Below are positions 59,268-64,000 of a DNA stretch of 64,000 nucleotides, one piece after another (the first letter of the stretch is position 1; each line of letters opens with the position of its first letter). The translations under genes were made by a program, and so were the position numbers. This DNA comes from an uncultured Nitrososphaerota archaeon (GTDB taxonomy: Archaea; Thermoproteota; Nitrososphaeria; Nitrososphaerales; Gagatemarchaeaceae), in the NCBI GenBank assembly GCA_963718895.1, contig CAVRAG010000008.1:480001-544000 (forward strand), given 5' to 3'. The notes beneath the pieces are model-generated. The model did no database searches, was not told the DNA's origin, and worked only from the letters and a program-made list of their open reading frames with translations.

Positions 59268-59688
59268 CTTACGCCGGGCAGAGCTAGTGCGGATTTAAGC
59301 CTTGGTCCCCTGCTTCGCAGGCTCCCGGAATCATTGGGTGTTTTGCGCAAATAACTCTCCCTCTAGCTCATTGCTCACGCCAGTTCCGACCCTGCGTTGG
59401 TCCCTGCAGCTCCCCAGAATGGGAACATGAGAAATGCCGAGGCTGAGGCTCGTGAAATCCTCGCAATGCCACACCAGCGGCCAGACGACAGGCTCGGGAG
59501 GTGCATCGAAGTCCGGATCGGGAACCACGAGGACTCTGTCATTGTCGGTGGATCGAAACGCAACCGCTACGGCAGCAGTCAGTGGAACTCGCCTCTGAAG
59601 CCCGACGCCCGGTTCCAGGAGCAATTCCAACGTCGCTCTTCGGGGTGTCGAGCTTTTGGGAAGAGCCTAAACGTGGAGATCTGGTTTG

Positions 59689-60081
59689 TCAGCGGGAACG
59701 GATGCCAATCTCCACGTACCGCTTTGGATCGCAGTTTTCCAGGAGCTCGGGATAGTTGTCTTGCTTGCTGGCCCAGAGAAGCAGAGGCTGAATTGCCTGC
59801 TCCAAGTCCTTTCCGTTCCGCGTCAGGCTGTACTCCACCCTCGGCGGTATCTCCGCGAAAGACTTCCTCTCGATCACTCCAGCCTCTCCAAGCTTCCTCA
59901 GGATCCAAGAGAGGGTCGAAGGCGACACACCGCGCAGTTCTTTGTAGAGCTCCGTGAACCTTACGGTGCCATGACCGCCTATGGAGTTTATCGCAAACAG
60001 GACCCACTTCTTCCCGAGCAGGTCCATCACTCCGTCCAGGGCGCACATGCAGACCTCCTCTGGTTCACTTCGGTTCTTCAT
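59689..60081 (-). CDS. HxlR-family winged-helix regulator
   Basis: LLGKKW, RFTEL, EIPPRVEYSLT; N-terminal CMC. Confidence 0.9.
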   Translation of the reverse strand: MKNRSEPEEVCMCALDGVMDLLGKKWVLFAINSIGGHGTVRFTELYKELRGVSPSTLSWILRKLGEAGVIERKSFAEIPPRVEYSLTRNGKDLEQAIQPLLLWASKQDNYPELLENCDPKRYVEIGIRSR

Positions 60082-60112
60082 AGTTGCTTTGGGGCTTCGA
60101 ACATCGGAATAT

Positions 60113-60137
60113 AAATGCTACGAATTCTGTAGTATTT
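60113..60137. promoter_or_regulatory. Inverted repeat between hxlR and arsD
   Basis: AAATGCTAC-N7-GTAGTATTT (8/9 arms) overlapping the TATA-like ATATAAAT. Confidence 0.55.
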
Positions 60138-60229
60138 GGGAAGCGAGCAAGTTTGTCAAACGATTTGTCGAACCAGTCAGCACTTCCAGTCAGGGATGAA
60201 CGTCTAGGTCTAGAAGGAGGCAGGAATCC

Positions 60230-60568
60230 ATGAACCACAGCAAGCACTTGGTGGTGTACGAAGGAGCCATGTGCTGCTCCACAGGCGTATGCGGTCCCGA
60301 GCCAGACAAGGAGCTAATCGAATTCAGTGAAGCGCTTAAGAAACTCCAGAGCGAATACAAGGACGAGCTATACGTCACGCGGGCGAGCTTGTCCTTCGAC
60401 GTTCCCTTGTTTCTTGAGAACCGGGAGGTCGCGAAGACGATCAGGGAAGAGGGTCTGAGCACCCTCCCGATAGTGACCATCGATGGGAAGATAGTTTCCA
60501 AGCAGAGATACCCGAGGTACGCTGAGCTGAGAAACGAAATAGGAGAACGAGCAAAGCTAACCCTGTGA
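60230..60568 (+). CDS. arsD: Arsenite metallochaperone ArsD
   Basis: AMCCSTGVCGP, LPIVTIDG, RYP. Confidence 0.93.
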   Translation: MNHSKHLVVYEGAMCCSTGVCGPEPDKELIEFSEALKKLQSEYKDELYVTRASLSFDVPLFLENREVAKTIREEGLSTLPIVTIDGKIVSKQRYPRYAELRNEIGERAKLTL

Positions 60569-60581
60569 TGATAAGCGGGGC

Positions 60582-62510
60582 ATGGGCGAGATTGAGTTTC
60601 CATTGAATGCGCTTTCTGACCTGGTTGACCCGACGCGGCGAAGTGGCGAAACGAAATTCGTATTCTTCACCGGAAAGGGGGGCGTCGGAAAGAGCACCAT
60701 GAGCTGCGCGACAGCCGTGTGGTTGGCGAAGAGAGGCTACAAGACCCTGCTGGTCACCACAGATCCAGCTCCAAATCTGTCAGACATATTCGGACAAGAG
60801 ATAGGCGCCAAAGTCACGCAGATAAACGGGATTAGAGGTCTCTACTCCATTGAGATAGACCCCGACGTAGCAACCCAGGAGTACAAGGAAAGAACCATTT
60901 CGCCGATCAGACAAATCGTGAGCGACGAAAAGCAGTTGCAGGTCATAGGGGAGCAGCTGAACAGCCCCTGTGTGGACGAGGTCGCGGCGTTTGACAAGTT
61001 CATAGAGTTCATGTATGATCCGCAATACGACGTGGTGATATTCGACACGGCCCCGACGGGGCACACGATTAGGTTGCTCGAGCTACCGAGCGGGTGGAGC
61101 GAAACATTGAACGAGAACACTACGACATGCATTGGTCCCAGCGCCTCGCTACAAACCGCAAGGCTGAAGTATGAAAAGGCGATTTCTTACCTCCAGGACC
61201 AAGAGCGGACTCTTTTCATCTTTGTTTCAAGACCAGAGACTCTGTCCCTCTTTGAGACGAAGAGGAGCATGGAGGAGCTGAGCAGGCTCGGCATCACGAC
61301 GCGCTCCTTGATAATCAATGGTGTTCTGCCAGAGGAGGCCTGCACGGACGAGTTCTTCAAGAAGAAGAGAGAGGATCAGGAAAAGGTGCTGGCTGCAATC
61401 GGGAAGGAGTTCAAAGACATTGAAAGATCCTACTTTCCGCTAAAAGACACCGAAATGATCGGGCTCAGCTCCCTTGAGTATGTCGGAAGGTACCTGTACG
61501 AAGGAGTGGCTGCCGCGAAAACGGGTGGTGCGAGCACCGTCACAGGCGCCGCCAGAACGAGCAACAAGCCATCACTGGATACTGGCAAACGTCAAACGGA
61601 GCTGATTGAACTACTTACCCCTCGCAACGCTAGGACGACGAGATACGTATTCTTCACCGGGAAGGGGGGTGTCGGAAAGAGCACCGTAGCTTCTATCACC
61701 GCGCTCTACCTCGCCGAAAAGGGGTACAAGACCCTGATTCTTACGACGGACCCAGCATCCCACCTTCAGGAAATCTTCGGTCAGCCGGTCGAACACGAAG
61801 TCAGAGGAATCAGACGGGTCGACAATCTATTCGCGGCGAGGATAGATCAGAAGAAAGCTCTTGAGGAGTACAAAAAGAGAATATTGGACGTAGTCAAAGA
61901 CCGTGATGCCGATACAAGGAAGTCCGTCGAGGAGGACTTGAATTCGCCCTGCGCCGAGGAAATGTCAGCGTTCGAGAAATTCATGGGCTATTTCGAGCTT
62001 CGTGGCTACGACGTGATAATATTCGATACAGCCCCGACAGGCCACACGCTGAGGCTTCTCGAACTACCCAGCGAGTGGAAGGGCTTCATGGACCTGGGAA
62101 CCCTGACCAAGAGCACGTCGGAGGAGACGCGCAGCAAGTATTCGAACGTCATTGAAACAATGAGGAACAAGGAGAAGAGCACCTTTGTCTTCGTGGTGTA
62201 TCCGGAATTCACACCGATAGTCGAAGCGTGGCGTGCCTCTGAAGACCTGAAGAAGCAGGTCGGAATAGAAGCCGGCCTCGTCGCGGTCAATTATCTTCTG
62301 CCTCAGGACTACGGCAGGAATGAGTTCTTCGAGAACAGAAGAGCCCAGCAGGAAAGATACCTCTCGGTAATCCGAGACAAATTCGGAACGCCCCAGATGG
62401 CCATACCCCTTTTCGAGAGCGAACCAAAGGGACTAGACGATCTGAGATCACTGGGCAGGAGGGTGTTCGATGACACTCGAAGAACGAAGATCCTAACGAA
62501 ACTGTCTTGA
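60582..62510 (+). CDS. arsA: Arsenite-stimulated ATPase ArsA (two NBDs)
   Basis: Two GKGGVGKS and two DTAPTGHT motifs, metalloid-binding Cys retained. Confidence 0.93.
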   Translation: MGEIEFPLNALSDLVDPTRRSGETKFVFFTGKGGVGKSTMSCATAVWLAKRGYKTLLVTTDPAPNLSDIFGQEIGAKVTQINGIRGLYSIEIDPDVATQEYKERTISPIRQIVSDEKQLQVIGEQLNSPCVDEVAAFDKFIEFMYDPQYDVVIFDTAPTGHTIRLLELPSGWSETLNENTTTCIGPSASLQTARLKYEKAISYLQDQERTLFIFVSRPETLSLFETKRSMEELSRLGITTRSLIINGVLPEEACTDEFFKKKREDQEKVLAAIGKEFKDIERSYFPLKDTEMIGLSSLEYVGRYLYEGVAAAKTGGASTVTGAARTSNKPSLDTGKRQTELIELLTPRNARTTRYVFFTGKGGVGKSTVASITALYLAEKGYKTLILTTDPASHLQEIFGQPVEHEVRGIRRVDNLFAARIDQKKALEEYKKRILDVVKDRDADTRKSVEEDLNSPCAEEMSAFEKFMGYFELRGYDVIIFDTAPTGHTLRLLELPSEWKGFMDLGTLTKSTSEETRSKYSNVIETMRNKEKSTFVFVVYPEFTPIVEAWRASEDLKKQVGIEAGLVAVNYLLPQDYGRNEFFENRRAQQERYLSVIRDKFGTPQMAIPLFESEPKGLDDLRSLGRRVFDDTRRTKILTKLS

Positions 62511-62848
62511 TTGCAACCCCATGGCCAATCTCAGCGAAGCTGCAGTAAGTCTATGAACACATGGAGGGAATGCCTCGTGAGCCCTCATCCCTGTTGCTCT
62601 CGTGGTGCCTGCGGGCTACTGTTCAAGCGACTTTGCTACGGCGAACGAGAGAGAGGTCTGCGCGCGAGGAGCGACCCGTTGTTGTCATAAAGCCCCTGCT
62701 GCTTTGCAACCCGTCGGGAGAAAGCAAGGGCGGCCACAGAAGTAACTTCCGACCTCTTCATGCGCCGAACAGCGGATGCGTACCTCGACGGCTTCATGCT
62801 CTTGACGCGATTATCATCGTTGAGAATCCGACCAAACGTATTAATATA

Positions 62849-62869
62849 CATCGATATGAGGATTTGATG
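62849..62869. promoter_or_regulatory. Imperfect inverted repeat, possible ArsR operator
   Basis: CATCGA-N9-TTGATG directly after the TATA-like TTAATATA. Confidence 0.35.
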
Positions 62870-63065
62870 CTTGAGAATTGACCCAGAACGCCTCGACGGA
62901 GAAGATGGAGGACCCTTTCACCCTTATCGCGTTGGGAGCGTTTCTCCCAACGCAGAATGCTGTCTCTGAGGTGCGCCCTCCCACCTATTCAATCCGTGCG
63001 ATTACCCCGGGGAGGGGGATTGTATCCAACCATTCGTCCCGCATTCTAAGGGTGGTCCAAGATTC

Positions 63066-63443
63066 ATGAAACGTGAGGAGAGCAAGTCCATACAGCGGCT
63101 GATTCAAGCTGGAATCTGCAACCCCTCAGACATAGAACAAGCCAGGAACGAGGCGGCGGTGCTCTCATCCCCCGAGTACTCGCAGAGGATTCGTCAGGCG
63201 GAGAGCGTCCTCGGGGCGATAGGTGAACCCAACAGGATCAAGATTCTGCTGCTTCTCTCCAAGCGGGAGATGTGCGTATGCCACCTCGAATCGGCGCTCG
63301 GGATGTCTCAACCGACGATTTCCCACCACCTTGGAGTCTTGGAACGGGCTGAGTTGCTCCAAAGGAGCAAGAGACAGAAGTGGGTCTTCTACAAGTTACG
63401 TGATTCACCAGCAACGGATCTTGTTAGGCGCATGGTGTCATAG
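63066..63443 (+). CDS. arsR: ArsR/SmtB-family repressor
   Basis: RIKILLLL..EMCVCHL..SQPTISHHL. Confidence 0.9.
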   Translation: MKREESKSIQRLIQAGICNPSDIEQARNEAAVLSSPEYSQRIRQAESVLGAIGEPNRIKILLLLSKREMCVCHLESALGMSQPTISHHLGVLERAELLQRSKRQKWVFYKLRDSPATDLVRRMVS

Positions 63444-63609
63444 TTGATTCCGCGATACGCCACCTCAAGACGCAACTTCGAGTTGCAACCAATGAAGGTA
63501 CTGCGGACAAGGAGACAGGAATCAGGCTCTGAAGTCCTCCGAACACAATCGAGGGTCTTCTCGAAGTCGTTCCGCTTCGTCTCTTTAGCTTCTTGAGGAG
63601 AGACTGGCA

Positions 63610-64000
63610 ATGACCAAACGAAGGATGTACACGATTGGTCTGACAGTATTGCTCCTAGGCGTCACGGTAACGACGTACGGTGTCTGGACCCAGAGCAGCT
63701 TCTCGCACGGTACGCCGGACCAGGACAATGGCTGCTACTGCCACAACAACGGAATCGAAGTCTTCGTCAACCGTACAGGAGACGGGAATGGTGGGGTCTC
63801 CTTCAGCCAAATAATGGTCGGAAGCACGTTCCACCTCCTCGTCAGCACGGACGACGCGTACGCCACGGGCGTAGTTCCGCAACTCCAGCTGTGGGAGTCG
63901 AACCAGACCGACAACGCCAAGTTCACGTTCAGCCCCACGAGTGTCATTGCCCTCTCCCCATACAACCTCAGCCAACAAACAGGAAACATCACCGCGCTAT
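63610..64000 (+). CDS. Secreted or membrane-anchored protein with GCYCH motif (partial, runs off the window)
   Basis: Open frame from ATG 63610: MTKRRMYTIGLTVLLLGV...DNGCYCHNNGIEVFV... Confidence 0.65.
   Translation, partial: MTKRRMYTIGLTVLLLGVTVTTYGVWTQSSFSHGTPDQDNGCYCHNNGIEVFVNRTGDGNGGVSFSQIMVGSTFHLLVSTDDAYATGVVPQLQLWESNQTDNAKFTFSPTSVIALSPYNLSQQTGNITAL

Noticed and set aside
59331-59690. Short ORFs between the prenyltransferase and hxlR
   Set aside because: No recognisable motifs in any frame; probably island-junction debris
62561-63069. ORFs between arsA and arsR
   Set aside because: No recognisable family; cannot be supported as genes

Overview
GC-rich archaeal window, most consistent with a non-ammonia-oxidising Nitrososphaerota (Thaumarchaeota)-like genome. 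Support: crenarchaeal-type SSB, TopoVI, aIF-2beta, Rio1/Dim2, divergent FtsZ, intronless tRNA-Gln. The taxonomy is inference. Layout: (1) 1-3.6 kb decayed accessory zone with pseudogenes, alkA, vapBC and a tRNA 3' fragment. (2) 5.7-14 kb copper/metal island: YHS protein, Lrp-TRASH regulator, CopA, CopZ, an unannotated 37-aa 9-Cys metallothionein-like peptide, a tandem rusticyanin-like protein, Met-rich membrane proteins, and a cation transporter carrying the same Cys motif. (3) 14-59 kb mostly core genes, with an intein carrying a Vsr/DUF559-type nuclease inside a radical-SAM CxxxCxxC motif, a LAGLIDADG intein in top6A, and a top6B 5' end present as up to three recoded copies with a +1 frameshift. 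(4) 59.7-64 kb arsD-arsA-arsR locus. All calls come from reading the sequence and motifs by eye; no searches were run.
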